27,401 nucleotides of DNA. Origin: Candidatus Woesearchaeota archaeon. GTDB lineage: Archaea > Nanobdellota > Nanobdellia > Woesearchaeales > JAZDKJ01. Positions 8,608 to 17,328 of the stretch are shown here, one piece after another (position 1 is the first letter of the stretch; every line of letters begins with the position of its first letter). The stretch covers positions 1 through 27,401 of the forward strand of contig JAZDKJ010000009.1 in the NCBI GenBank assembly GCA_043803105.1, given 5' to 3'. The notes under the pieces are model-generated. The model saw nothing but the letters and a program-made list of their open reading frames with translations. It was not told where the DNA came from and did not search any database. The position numbers were made by a program, and so were the translations under genes.

Positions 8608-9951
8608 ATGGTATTAGAGAAACTGAGCACTTCACTAAAGTCCACTTTGCAGAAGATTGCAAAGTCAATGTTTGTTGATGAGAAGCTGATTAACGAGCTT
8701 GTTAAGGATATTCAGAAGGCTCTCTTGCAGGCCGATGTCAATGTGCAATTAGTTTTCGATTTGACTAAGCGCATCAAGGAAAGGGCTTTGAAGGACGATG
8801 CCCAAAAGGGCTTGAGCAAGAGGGAACAGCTTGTAAAGATTGTTTATGATGAGCTTGTGGTTTTCCTCGGAAAGGAAAAGCATGAGATTGTGCTTGGCAA
8901 GGACAAGCCTTTCAAGGTAATGCTTGTTGGATTGTTTGGCTCTGGCAAGACCACCACAGCTGCAAAGCTTTCCCGCTTCTATGCAAAGCGCGGCTTTAAG
9001 GTCGCTATGCTTGGATTGGATGTTCATCGGCCTGCAGCCATGGACCAGCTTGAACAGCTTGGCAAGCAGGCGGCAATTCCGGCTTTTATCAAGAAGGGAG
9101 AAAAAGACCCTTTGAAGATCTGGCTTGATTACAAGGAAGAGCTAAAGAAGTTTGATATCATATTCATTGACACTGCTGGCAGGGATGCATTATCAAAAGA
9201 CCTTATTGCAGAGTTGGACAGTCTTAGCAAGGAGATTCAGCCTAATGAGAATCTTCTGGTCATCTCAGCTGATATAGGTCAGGCTGCGCAAAGCCAGGCA
9301 GAGCAGTTTCATTCGACTTGCCACATCACAGGAATTGTAACAACCAAGATGGACGGAACCGCAAAGGCTGGTGGTGCATTGTCAGCCTGCGCTGTTACAA
9401 AGGCCCCTATCAAATTCATTGGCGTTGGAGAGAAGATTGATGAATTAGAGGTCTTCAATCCACCAGGCTTTGTCTCAAGAATTCTTGGCATGGGTGACAT
9501 CGAGGCCTTGCTTGAGAAGTCAAGGGAAGCAATCTCAGAGGAAGAGGCAGCTGACCTTGGCAAGCGATTGCTCAAGGGTGAGTTTAATCTCATAGATCTG
9601 TACGAGCAGATGTCTGCAATGAAAAAGATGGGCCCTTTGAGCAAAGTCATGGAGCTTATCCCTGGCTTTGGCCAACTGAAGCTTCCAAAAGAGTTGCTTG
9701 AGGTGCAGCAGGGAAAGCTCGAGAAGTGGCGTTTCATCATGGATTCGTGCAACAAGGAAGAGCTTGAAGACCCTGAGACCATCACCGCAACAAGGGCTGA
9801 GCGCATTGCCAAAGGCTCAGGTGTTCCTGTCTCTGAAGTTCGGGACATGCTTAAGCAGTACAAGCAGTCCAAGAAGCTTATGAAGATGATGAAAGGCAAC
9901 CCAGAGAAGATGATGAAGCGCATGAAACTTCCTGGAATGGGCAAGTTCTAA
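8608..9951 (+). CDS. srp54: Signal recognition particle protein SRP54 (archaeal type)
   Basis: ALLQADVNV, GLFGSGKTTT, DTAGR, TKMDGTAKAGGALS, Met-rich M domain. TATA TTTATAAA at 8578-8585 suggests a leaderless start at ATG 8608. Confidence 0.97.
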   Translation: MVLEKLSTSLKSTLQKIAKSMFVDEKLINELVKDIQKALLQADVNVQLVFDLTKRIKERALKDDAQKGLSKREQLVKIVYDELVVFLGKEKHEIVLGKDKPFKVMLVGLFGSGKTTTAAKLSRFYAKRGFKVAMLGLDVHRPAAMDQLEQLGKQAAIPAFIKKGEKDPLKIWLDYKEELKKFDIIFIDTAGRDALSKDLIAELDSLSKEIQPNENLLVISADIGQAAQSQAEQFHSTCHITGIVTTKMDGTAKAGGALSACAVTKAPIKFIGVGEKIDELEVFNPPGFVSRILGMGDIEALLEKSREAISEEEAADLGKRLLKGEFNLIDLYEQMSAMKKMGPLSKVMELIPGFGQLKLPKELLEVQQGKLEKWRFIMDSCNKEELEDPETITATRAERIAKGSGVPVSEVRDMLKQYKQSKKLMKMMKGNPEKMMKRMKLPGMGKF

Positions 9952-9952
9952 G

Positions 9953-10213
9953 ATGGCAACTATTGAGAAAAAAATCTGGCCTGACATGTTTGACAACGAC
10001 AAAAGGCTTACTGTAGATTTTAGGCTTGCCGACTTTGATTTGAAGGACGGTGACGTGATTGTCTATCGGGAATGGGATCCCAAAACCACGCAGTATACAG
10101 GCAGACAATATAGACAGGTCGTGGCTAGAGTCACAAAACATGAAAGCCCCACAAGATACTGGACAAATGAGCAACTTGAGAAAAATGGACTTTATATTAT
10201 AGAATTTGAATGA
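9953..10213 (+). CDS. DUF3850/ASCH (PUA-like) domain protein
   Basis: KIWP..F....K...FRLAD...GD....REW....YTGR pattern. Confidence 0.8.
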   Translation: MATIEKKIWPDMFDNDKRLTVDFRLADFDLKDGDVIVYREWDPKTTQYTGRQYRQVVARVTKHESPTRYWTNEQLEKNGLYIIEFE

Positions 10214-10251
10214 TAGAAATTCTTTTATAAGGCTGTTTGTTTCTATTAATC

Positions 10252-10779
10252 ATGGAAAAAAACAAGGCAAAAATGATTGAAATCCCAATGATAAGGTTGG
10301 AGGCAGAAGACTTCTTAAGCCTTGTTGACAAGTGCGTGAAAGAAGTCGGATTAAAGTCTTTCCTTGTTGAAAGGTATAAGTCATCGGCACAAAAACATTT
10401 AGGTGGTGTGAGCGTCCAAGTTAATAATCTGGAAACAACCACTGCAAGAGCTCTCAGGTGGGACTATTTGCTGGGGGATGACATCATCAACAGGAGGGAA
10501 TTCATTCTTGCAAACCACAGATATGCGACAAAATTTGTTGAAATTAAAGAACACCAACAAGGTCTTTTTTACTCCAAGTTTGCTAATTTTGTAAACAGGA
10601 CTTATCGTTCTGGTGTGATTGAGGCACAACTGGCAACAAGCAACCTAGAAAGAAAGATGGAAGTCACTTTAGACCACAATTACAGGTTTGTACGGATCGA
10701 GGCATTTGATATGGGAAAGGATATGTTTTATAATTCTGTCCTGAGGGAGCTAGAGAAGCTCAATGTCACATTCATTTAG
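10252..10779 (+). CDS. Hypothetical protein
   Basis: 175-aa ORF with TTTTATAA about 25 nt upstream of ATG 10252; no motif recognised. Confidence 0.65.
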   Translation: MEKNKAKMIEIPMIRLEAEDFLSLVDKCVKEVGLKSFLVERYKSSAQKHLGGVSVQVNNLETTTARALRWDYLLGDDIINRREFILANHRYATKFVEIKEHQQGLFYSKFANFVNRTYRSGVIEAQLATSNLERKMEVTLDHNYRFVRIEAFDMGKDMFYNSVLRELEKLNVTFI

Positions 10780-10828
10780 GTGTGTTTAGGCGCTAGCTTT
10801 ATATAGCACGATTTTTTCTTCCCAATCT

Positions 10829-11032
10829 ATGCCAACCAAAAAACTTCCAAGGATTGATGTCGAAAGGTGCATCGGTTGCGGTCATTGCGTTCTTGCCTGC
10901 CATCCGGGTGCTTTAAAGCTTGTCAACAAGGTTTCTACTCTCGCTTACCCTGAGAAGTGCGACTCCGAAGGCCGTTGCATTGCAGCTTGCCCTCAAAAGG
11001 CCATACCTCATCTTGAAGACAAGAGCTATTAA
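10829..11032 (+). CDS. Dicluster-type 4Fe-4S ferredoxin
   Basis: CIGCGHCVLACHP and CDSEGRCIAACP motifs; upstream TTTTATATA. Confidence 0.9.
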   Translation: MPTKKLPRIDVERCIGCGHCVLACHPGALKLVNKVSTLAYPEKCDSEGRCIAACPQKAIPHLEDKSY

Positions 11033-11166
11033 TACAATTCCTGGTCTCCGTCCACAATCTCCTCGCCGCATTTCTTGCATTTCGTAGCGCTCGGTTTGTT
11101 CTCTGCTCCGCAGTATGGGCAAAGTTCAAAGTCTTCTTGGAGAGGTTCTTCTGCTTTCTGTTTCAT
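11029..11166 (-). CDS. Small zinc-ribbon protein (45 aa)
   Basis: Not in the ORF track. MKQKAEEPLQEDFELCPYCGAENKPSATKCKKCGEEIVDGDQELY has the CPxCG-x9-CxxCG zinc-ribbon pattern; its stop overlaps the ferredoxin stop (TTAA). Confidence 0.8.
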   Translation of the reverse strand: MKQKAEEPLQEDFELCPYCGAENKPSATKCKKCGEEIVDGDQELY

Positions 11167-11250
11167 GTTAGAAATAGTGACTCAATACCCATAGTTCTTA
11201 AACCATTTAATGCAGCTGCACTATAAAAATATTTCGATTGTGCAGCATTC

Positions 11251-11907
11251 CTATGGCAGTTCTGCCAATAGCTTTAGTATCTCTACCGCTCTCTTGGGAT
11301 TTCCCCTGCCCACAGGGAAATAGCAGGGTATTATCTTGGTGCCATGCGCATTGTACACCACAGGTCTTCCGGCTGCATTAAGCTTCTCGTAATAAGCCCC
11401 CAATTGGAGCCTCATTTGCATAAGGCTCTCAAAAGGCAATAGCCCAAAGGTAACAACGTACCTTGGCTTCACAATCTTTAACTCTCTCAGGAGTATTGGA
11501 AGGAACATCTTTATCTTTTTGCTGTCAGGAAGCCTTGCATCATGGCCAGTCCACTTGACAAGATTTGTAAAGTAGAATGATTTTTGCCTCAAAAAACCAA
11601 GGACATGTCTTGTCAATTTTGTTGACCAGTAGTCTGACTCTTCAATCTCTTGCATCAGTTTTGCATCAAAGAGTCCGGCCTTCAAAAAAACCCTCCATAT
11701 TTGCTTTGTTCCTATGAATGGAAACCTTGGCCCTTCCCATCCTTGATGTGAGCTGATGTTTCTTGCTGTAGGGTTGATGAACACAAACATGAATTTTGGC
11801 TTTGCTGTCTTGCCATTGCCAAATATAGGCTTAAGCTTATGCCCTAAAAACTCTGATGTGTGAAGTTCCTCAACCTCATTCCAAAGCCTTTTCAAAGAAT
11901 CTCGCAT
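11251..11907 (-). CDS. Uracil-DNA glycosylase superfamily protein, atypical motifs
   Basis: PIFGNG...FVFINP, PFIG, YFTNLVK, L.REL.IVKP..VVTFG, CYFP. Confidence 0.8.
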   Translation of the reverse strand: MRDSLKRLWNEVEELHTSEFLGHKLKPIFGNGKTAKPKFMFVFINPTARNISSHQGWEGPRFPFIGTKQIWRVFLKAGLFDAKLMQEIEESDYWSTKLTRHVLGFLRQKSFYFTNLVKWTGHDARLPDSKKIKMFLPILLRELKIVKPRYVVTFGLLPFESLMQMRLQLGAYYEKLNAAGRPVVYNAHGTKIIPCYFPVGRGNPKRAVEILKLLAELP

Positions 11908-12980
11908 TATTTCCCGATTAATTTCTCTACTGAGAGTTTGCCCTTCTCTGCCCTCATCACAAGCTCTTCCTCATCGGTAAATTTTGTTATCTTGGTTATT
12001 AGTTCAGGCAATAGTATCCTGTTGCCCCTCATGCTTATGTTTGTTATTATCTCCTTCTTGTCAGTAACGACCTCTTGCATTATCTTCTTGGAGCCAATGT
12101 CTTTGCGTGCCTCATGCATTTCAGCCGCTTTCTTTGCGAGAAAACTTGCTATCTTGTCTGCCACATCTATCTTTGTCGCCTCGGTTATTCCTTGTAAGCC
12201 AGGTGAAAGGTTTATCTCAATTACCACAGGTCCTTTGGGGCTTTCCAGTATGTCAACCGCGCAAATCTCAGCGCCTATCGCCTGTGCGGTGTCCACTGCT
12301 ATTTTTGTGGTGTTCTCGTCAAGCGCGTATGCCTCGCCCTTTGCTCCTACGTGTATGTTCGCTCTTTTCTCGCCGATTACCGCCATGCGCTTCATGCTTG
12401 CCACAACCTTTTCTCCAACCACTATTGCCCTTATGTCAACCCCTCCGGTCTCTATGTATTCCTGGATGATGAATGGCTGTTTCAGTGTGTCCAGTGTGTC
12501 AAGCATTGAGCTTGCGCTTGCATAGCTGTCTGCGAACATCACTCCCTTTCCCTGCGTTCCGCTGGGCAATTTCATCACGATTGGATAGTCTATTCTTTTA
12601 AGTATATTCTTTGCTGATTTTGTTGTGCTTGCAAGGTATGTAAGTGGCTGAGGTATCCTGAATTGCTGCATTTTGAGATGCGTCAGCAGTTTGTCATGTC
12701 CTGTTGTGAACGCGCTTGCCTTTATTGGCAGGTAACTCTCTTTGCAGAAGGCCCTGGTCAGGGCACGAAGAACTGCAGCATACTTGAATGATCCCTTCGC
12801 ATAAATGCAGTCATAATGTTCGAGCTGGTTTCCCTTGTAGATTATGTCTGATTTTTTTGGTGAAAGGTTTATCTCAATCCTTCTTATGTCTATCTGGTCA
12901 ACTTTCTCGAAGTATTTCTCAAGCGCTTTTGCGAGCCATTGCGAACTTACGCTTCCAAGGCTTATCACTGCTGCTTTCAT
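11907..12980 (-). CDS. rimK: RimK-family ATP-grasp alpha-L-glutamate ligase with C-terminal extension
   Basis: DKLLT, YPIVMKLPSGTQGKGV, IQEYI, DIRAIVVG, RANIHVG, AVDIL, VIEINLSPG. Confidence 0.9.
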   Translation of the reverse strand: MKAAVISLGSVSSQWLAKALEKYFEKVDQIDIRRIEINLSPKKSDIIYKGNQLEHYDCIYAKGSFKYAAVLRALTRAFCKESYLPIKASAFTTGHDKLLTHLKMQQFRIPQPLTYLASTTKSAKNILKRIDYPIVMKLPSGTQGKGVMFADSYASASSMLDTLDTLKQPFIIQEYIETGGVDIRAIVVGEKVVASMKRMAVIGEKRANIHVGAKGEAYALDENTTKIAVDTAQAIGAEICAVDILESPKGPVVIEINLSPGLQGITEATKIDVADKIASFLAKKAAEMHEARKDIGSKKIMQEVVTDKKEIITNISMRGNRILLPELITKITKFTDEEELVMRAEKGKLSVEKLIGK

Positions 12981-13327
12981 TTTTTGCTTGGGTCTATCAG
13001 GAAACCCTTCTTTAACCCATTCTGGCCTATGAGGAGCTTGTATTTCATATGGATCCTGTCAACTATGGAAAACTGACACTTGATTGTTGTCCCTGCAAGC
13101 TTTATCTTAAGCGGGACTATTGGCCTCACCTTTCTTCCATGAGCGCTCCTGAACATCTTGTTTTTTATCACAGGGCCTGCCTTTATCTCTTCTGCCAGCT
13201 TTTGGTCAATGCTGCTCTTTGTCGCGCCTGTATCGATTCTTGCAACCACCCTTCGTCTCTTTCCGTTGGTTCCCTGGACAGTGACCTTTTCAGTCAATCC
13301 AATTACGATCTTGTGCGAAAACTCCAT
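12977..13327 (-). CDS. RimK-associated retropepsin-like protease (RimB / 'ATP-dependent zinc protease' family)
   Basis: IG..E.V, ARIDTGATKSSID, R..M.Y.LLIG, F.IDP motifs; 4-nt overlap with rimK. Confidence 0.88.
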   Translation of the reverse strand: MEFSHKIVIGLTEKVTVQGTNGKRRRVVARIDTGATKSSIDQKLAEEIKAGPVIKNKMFRSAHGRKVRPIVPLKIKLAGTTIKCQFSIVDRIHMKYKLLIGQNGLKKGFLIDPSKK

Positions 13328-13371
13328 CTCAGGCCTCTAAAGGTTGACTGTATTTAAGCGTTTCCTTAGAA

Positions 13372-14841
13372 TTATTTTGGTTTCAATGTTGGGAATAATA
13401 TCACGTCCCGTATTGAGGGCTGGTTTGTGAGTATCATTACAAATCTGTCTATTCCTATCCCTATTCCCCCTGCAGGCGGCATCGCGTATTCTAATGCTTT
13501 CACAAAATCCTCGTCCATCGGGTTTGCCTCTTCATCGCCTTCTGACCTCTCCTTGGCCTGCCCCTCCAGCAGCATTCGCTGTTTTATCGGGTCGTTCAGT
13601 TCGCTGTAGCCATTGGCTATTTCCATTCCTGCTATGAATAGCTCTAGCCTTTCTATCAATTCAGGGTCGTTCCTGCTTTCCTTGCACAATGGAGTTGATT
13701 CTTTTGGGTGGTCAATAACAAATGTGGGCTGCACAAGATGTTTTTGGACTAGCGCCTCGAACAATAGCTCGATTCCCAGTCCCATGCTGAATTTTCCTCT
13801 GTACTCGACGTGGTTTTCATCCACCAGACCCTTTATTTCCTCCTCACTAAGTTTTGTCACATCTATCTTTGCATGCTTCTTGATAGCGTCGATCATCGTG
13901 ATTCTCTCGAACTTCTTTGAAAAGTCAATCGTTGTGCCTTGGTATTCAACGCTTGTCTTTCCTGTCGCTTCCTTGCTTGCCTGCTTTAGCAGCTTTTCTG
14001 TTATATCCATGATCTCGTTGTAATCGATGTATGCGCAGTAGAACTCGAGCATTGTGAACTCTGGGTTGTGTGTCTTGTCTATTCCCTCGTTCCTGAAGTC
14101 TTTCACAAACTCAAAAACCTTCTCAAAGCCTCCTACAAGCAGCCTCTTGAGGTAAAGCTCGTTTGATATCCTTAAGTACAACTTTGTCTTTAGCTCATTG
14201 TGCACTGTCTCGAACGGCTTTGCATGGGCTCCTCCGTACACTGGCTGCAGTGTCGGTGTCTCAAACTCAAGATAGCCTTTCTTTTCAAGGAACGCCCTTA
14301 TTGAGGATATTATCCTTGTCCTGTCTGTGAACACCTTTCTGCTATCTGGGTTCATTATGAGGTCAAGATATCTCTCCCTGTACTTGAGCTCAATGTCTTG
14401 TAACCCATGGTATTTTTCAGGCAATGGCCTAAGTGATTTTGCGAGTAGCTCAAACTTTTTTACATAGACAGTTACCTCTCCTGTCTTTGTCGCAAACACA
14501 TGTCCCTCTGCTCCGATTATGTCGCCAAGGTCAACTTTCCTAAAAATCTCGTATTGTTCCTTGCCAACATCCTCTTCCCTGAAATACAGCTGCAGTTTTC
14601 CTGTCTGGTCTTGGATATGCAGGAAGCTTGCCTTCCCCATCCTGCGCAGAGTCATAATTCTTCCTGCCACAGAAATATTTTCCGTTGCGTGCTGCTCAGG
14701 TTTTAGTGATTTGTTCTTTTCGAGAACGTCAGTTGCGTGCTGCTTTTGCTCGAAGCTGTAAGGATAAGGATTCACTCCTGCTGTCTTGATCTCGTCAAGC
14801 TTCCTGATCCTTTCACTTACAAGCCTGTGTTCTTCTTCCAT
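13372..14841 (-). CDS. lysS: Lysine--tRNA ligase, class II
   Basis: OB-fold AGRIM..R.MGK..F, PLPEK.HGL, YRERYLDLI, LRISNELYLKRL.VGG, FRNEG, HNPEFTMLE, YAMPPAGGIGIGIDR. Confidence 0.98.
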   Translation of the reverse strand: MEEEHRLVSERIRKLDEIKTAGVNPYPYSFEQKQHATDVLEKNKSLKPEQHATENISVAGRIMTLRRMGKASFLHIQDQTGKLQLYFREEDVGKEQYEIFRKVDLGDIIGAEGHVFATKTGEVTVYVKKFELLAKSLRPLPEKYHGLQDIELKYRERYLDLIMNPDSRKVFTDRTRIISSIRAFLEKKGYLEFETPTLQPVYGGAHAKPFETVHNELKTKLYLRISNELYLKRLLVGGFEKVFEFVKDFRNEGIDKTHNPEFTMLEFYCAYIDYNEIMDITEKLLKQASKEATGKTSVEYQGTTIDFSKKFERITMIDAIKKHAKIDVTKLSEEEIKGLVDENHVEYRGKFSMGLGIELLFEALVQKHLVQPTFVIDHPKESTPLCKESRNDPELIERLELFIAGMEIANGYSELNDPIKQRMLLEGQAKERSEGDEEANPMDEDFVKALEYAMPPAGGIGIGIDRFVMILTNQPSIRDVILFPTLKPK

Positions 14842-14887
14842 GCCATTTTGGTTGAAGAGACATTATTTAAACTTTCCTAGAAATTGC

Positions 14888-15145
14888 CTATTTATGTGTA
14901 GAAAAGACCAACTTGATTTCGCCGCTTTCAAGCAAGCGATACCCTTGGTAGAACAACCTTTGGTTGCAGTTATCTTTGTATTGCTTGAACCTGGTCGGGT
15001 TATCCACGATCTGTAAAGCTTGCTCTGCGTCTGATGCGAAGCTGTTCATGGCGCGCCTGCTGGTGAAGCACAACTGATGCTCGTAGCGTTTGTCGTCCTT
15101 CGGCCAATCAGTATGGTCTCTCGCTATTTGCTCGAGTGTTTGCAT
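14888..15145 (-). CDS. Hypothetical protein (start uncertain: 15145, 15193 or 15211)
   Basis: ORF fills the gap, with a TATA-like TTTAAATA upstream on the minus strand; no motif recognised. Confidence 0.5.
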   Translation of the reverse strand: MQTLEQIARDHTDWPKDDKRYEHQLCFTSRRAMNSFASDAEQALQIVDNPTRFKQYKDNCNQRLFYQGYRLLESGEIKLVFSTHK

Positions 15146-15308
15146 CGCAAAAAGTATGCTAAGGTTGGTTTTATTTTGGTCGCACTCTGCCATAATTGCC
15201 TGGGATGGCACTGAAATATTTAAAGCTTTGTCCTGGTGTTTTTGTTAATATCTCTGACCGAATTCCCGGGGTGAAGTTTTATAAATCTCAAGCCAACAAC
15301 CATAGCCT

Positions 15309-15863
15309 ATGAGCATTCCATATAGCGCAACTCTGCATTTTGGCACAACTGAAGCCTTCGTGTGTGATGCCTGGCCCAGGCTTGAAAGAACCCCTGACCA
15401 CCGAAAGTTCGTATTTCTTTACAGGAATAATCCGCTCGAAGTTTGGTTCATTCCAGACCTGATGGTTTACAGCTTCCCAGATTACTCGCCAGCTATTGAC
15501 AAGTTTGTGGGTAATATTTGTAAAGAAGTGACTGATGACTTAAAGAGCCTCGAAAACATGATACAACACTTGAAAGATCTTGCTGCCAAGGGCCACACCC
15601 AAGGCGTGCTTGAGTTTGACAAGTTGGTTGACGGCAAGTTTCACGTATTTGATTTTAGTGAAAACGGCAGGATTCTGGATTTGCTTGGAAAACTTAATTG
15701 TCGTTCGTCTCCCGGGCCAATGGATAATTTGATTGGAGCCAGCGAAAAGGTTGTGATGGATCACCGAGGCTACTCTTTCGTTGTTGGCACCACCCTATAT
15801 GATGCTGTCCAGGAATCGCTTCAAATATATAGCAAATTCATTCCGCAGGAAAAAAATATGTAA
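15309..15863 (+). CDS. Hypothetical protein
   Basis: 184-aa ORF with TTTTATAAA about 25 nt upstream. Confidence 0.65.
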   Translation: MSIPYSATLHFGTTEAFVCDAWPRLERTPDHRKFVFLYRNNPLEVWFIPDLMVYSFPDYSPAIDKFVGNICKEVTDDLKSLENMIQHLKDLAAKGHTQGVLEFDKLVDGKFHVFDFSENGRILDLLGKLNCRSSPGPMDNLIGASEKVVMDHRGYSFVVGTTLYDAVQESLQIYSKFIPQEKNM

Positions 15864-15902
15864 GTGCAAACAAATAAATACCTACAATCTTTGGACTAGC
15901 GT

Positions 15903-16328
15903 ATGAAGAAGGTTATGGTTTTCGGAACATTTGACATACTACATCCTGGCCATATTAATTTCTTCAGGCAGGCCCGGACCCTTGGCGATTATCTCATTGC
16001 TGTTGTTGCTCGCGACAGCACTGTAATGCGCCTCAAGAAGAAAAAACCTTTGTTCAATGAAATGCAGAGATTAAGGCATCTAAGGCAGGTCTATCTTGTG
16101 AACAAGGTTGTCCTTGGCAATCATGTTGATTCCTTTGCTGTGATTGAGAAGCACAAGCCTGATGTTATAGCTCTTGGTTATGACCAGAGGCATTTTGCTG
16201 ACCATCTTGTGCCTGAGCTTGCCAGGCGTAAGCTTAAGATTGAGCTTGTGAGGCTTAAGGCCTTCAAGTATCATAAGTACAAGAGTTCTATTATCAGAAG
16301 CTCTTTTGACAAAGCAAGAAAAAAATAA
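15903..16328 (+). CDS. ribL: Archaeal FAD synthase (RibL-like cytidylyltransferase family)
   Basis: GTFDILHPGH, VVARD, KPDVIALGYDQ, KSS.I motifs. Confidence 0.85.
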   Translation: MKKVMVFGTFDILHPGHINFFRQARTLGDYLIAVVARDSTVMRLKKKKPLFNEMQRLRHLRQVYLVNKVVLGNHVDSFAVIEKHKPDVIALGYDQRHFADHLVPELARRKLKIELVRLKAFKYHKYKSSIIRSSFDKARKK

Positions 16329-16484
16329 GAAGCCAGCTTTCGATAAGGAGTAAACCACCCCCAATTAGACTGTTGCTTTTCTGGGCTCTGGCCTATATAA
16401 ACTTTTGTTTTTCTAGACGAGAAAAATGTATACTGTTGTGGTTTTGAGGAATCTCGCTCATAGTGCCTACAGTTCCAGTCTTGA

Positions 16485-16600
16485 ATCCAACAAGCATTTA
16501 ACGGTTCGGCTGTGGGTTGCCTCATCCTCTCCCATATTCCTCGCACCTCTGTTCGCTTCGCTCACGAGGCTCGGAACATCGTTAAATGCTCGAGCTATAT
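16485..16600 (+). repeat. attC-like integron recombination site (116 nt)
   Basis: R''-like ATCCAAC (RYYYAAC); perfect 11-bp inverted repeat AGCATTTAACG (16493-16503) / CGTTAAATGCT (16580-16590); GTTC/GAAC with extrahelical AT; internal TTCGCTTCGCTCAC hairpin; R'-like GCTATAT (GCT instead of GTT). Confidence 0.65.
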
Positions 16601-16659
16601 GCAATTTGAATTTTGGTCTGTAGATAAATTTATATTTAGGCTAATTCTTTTACTATAAT

Positions 16660-17328
16660 ATGATTAAAGCAATTATTTTTGATTGGGGCGGAGTATTAAT
16701 TGATAATCCCGCTAATGGCTTAATGGAGTATTGTGCAAAATATTTAAATGTAGATGTAAATAGATTAAAAAATATTTTTTCTCAATATGAATCAGTTTTT
16801 CAGAAAGGTGAAATTTCAGAAAAGGTATTATGGAATAAAGTTTGTACCGAATTAAATATTAATAAACCATCAAGTGAATCTTTGTGGAAAAAAGCAGTAA
16901 AGCAAGTTTTCAAAGATAAAATTGAAGTATATCATTTAATTAAACTCCTTAAAAAAGAAGGTTATAAAATTGGTTTTTTGTCAAATACTGAAATCCCGGC
17001 AATGGAATACTTTTTTGAAAAAGGCTATCAAAAATTCTTTGATGTAACCCTCTTTTCTTGTGCTGAAAATACGGTTAAACCTGAAGAAAAAATATATAAT
17101 CTTATTTTAAGTAAATTAGAAGTAAAACCAGAGGAAGCCATTTTTATTGATGACAAACTGGATTATATTGAAGGTGCAAAAAAAGTAGGTTTGAATGGAA
17201 TTGTATTCAAAACTTCTGAACAATTGGTAAAAGAATTAGCCTTATATTCTATTAACATAAATGTAGCCAAAATCCAAACTGTCCCTTCGGTCGTTCGTCT
17301 TGCAGACTCACCACATAACACCATTTAA
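16660..17328 (+). CDS. HAD-superfamily hydrolase (subfamily IA)
   Basis: IIFDWGGVL, LSNT, KPEEKIY, FIDD motifs; visibly more AT-rich than flanking genes. Confidence 0.93.
   Translation: MIKAIIFDWGGVLIDNPANGLMEYCAKYLNVDVNRLKNIFSQYESVFQKGEISEKVLWNKVCTELNINKPSSESLWKKAVKQVFKDKIEVYHLIKLLKKEGYKIGFLSNTEIPAMEYFFEKGYQKFFDVTLFSCAENTVKPEEKIYNLILSKLEVKPEEAIFIDDKLDYIEGAKKVGLNGIVFKTSEQLVKELALYSININVAKIQTVPSVVRLADSPHNTI

Noticed and set aside
9309-9944. Long antisense ORFs (also 11860-12525, 13613-14023, 23683-24081 and the short minus-strand ORFs in 26355-27174)
   Set aside because: They are shadows of well-supported genes on the opposite strand and carry no motifs.
11215-11246. Inverted repeat GCTGCAC / GTGCAGC
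   Set aside because: Only 7 bp with an 18-nt loop; possibly a terminator or operator but within chance expectation.
16271-16623. ORFs 16271-16546 (-) and 16426-16623 (+), and short ORFs at 17300-17606
   Set aside because: They run across attC-like palindromes or the toxin gene and have no protein-like motifs.
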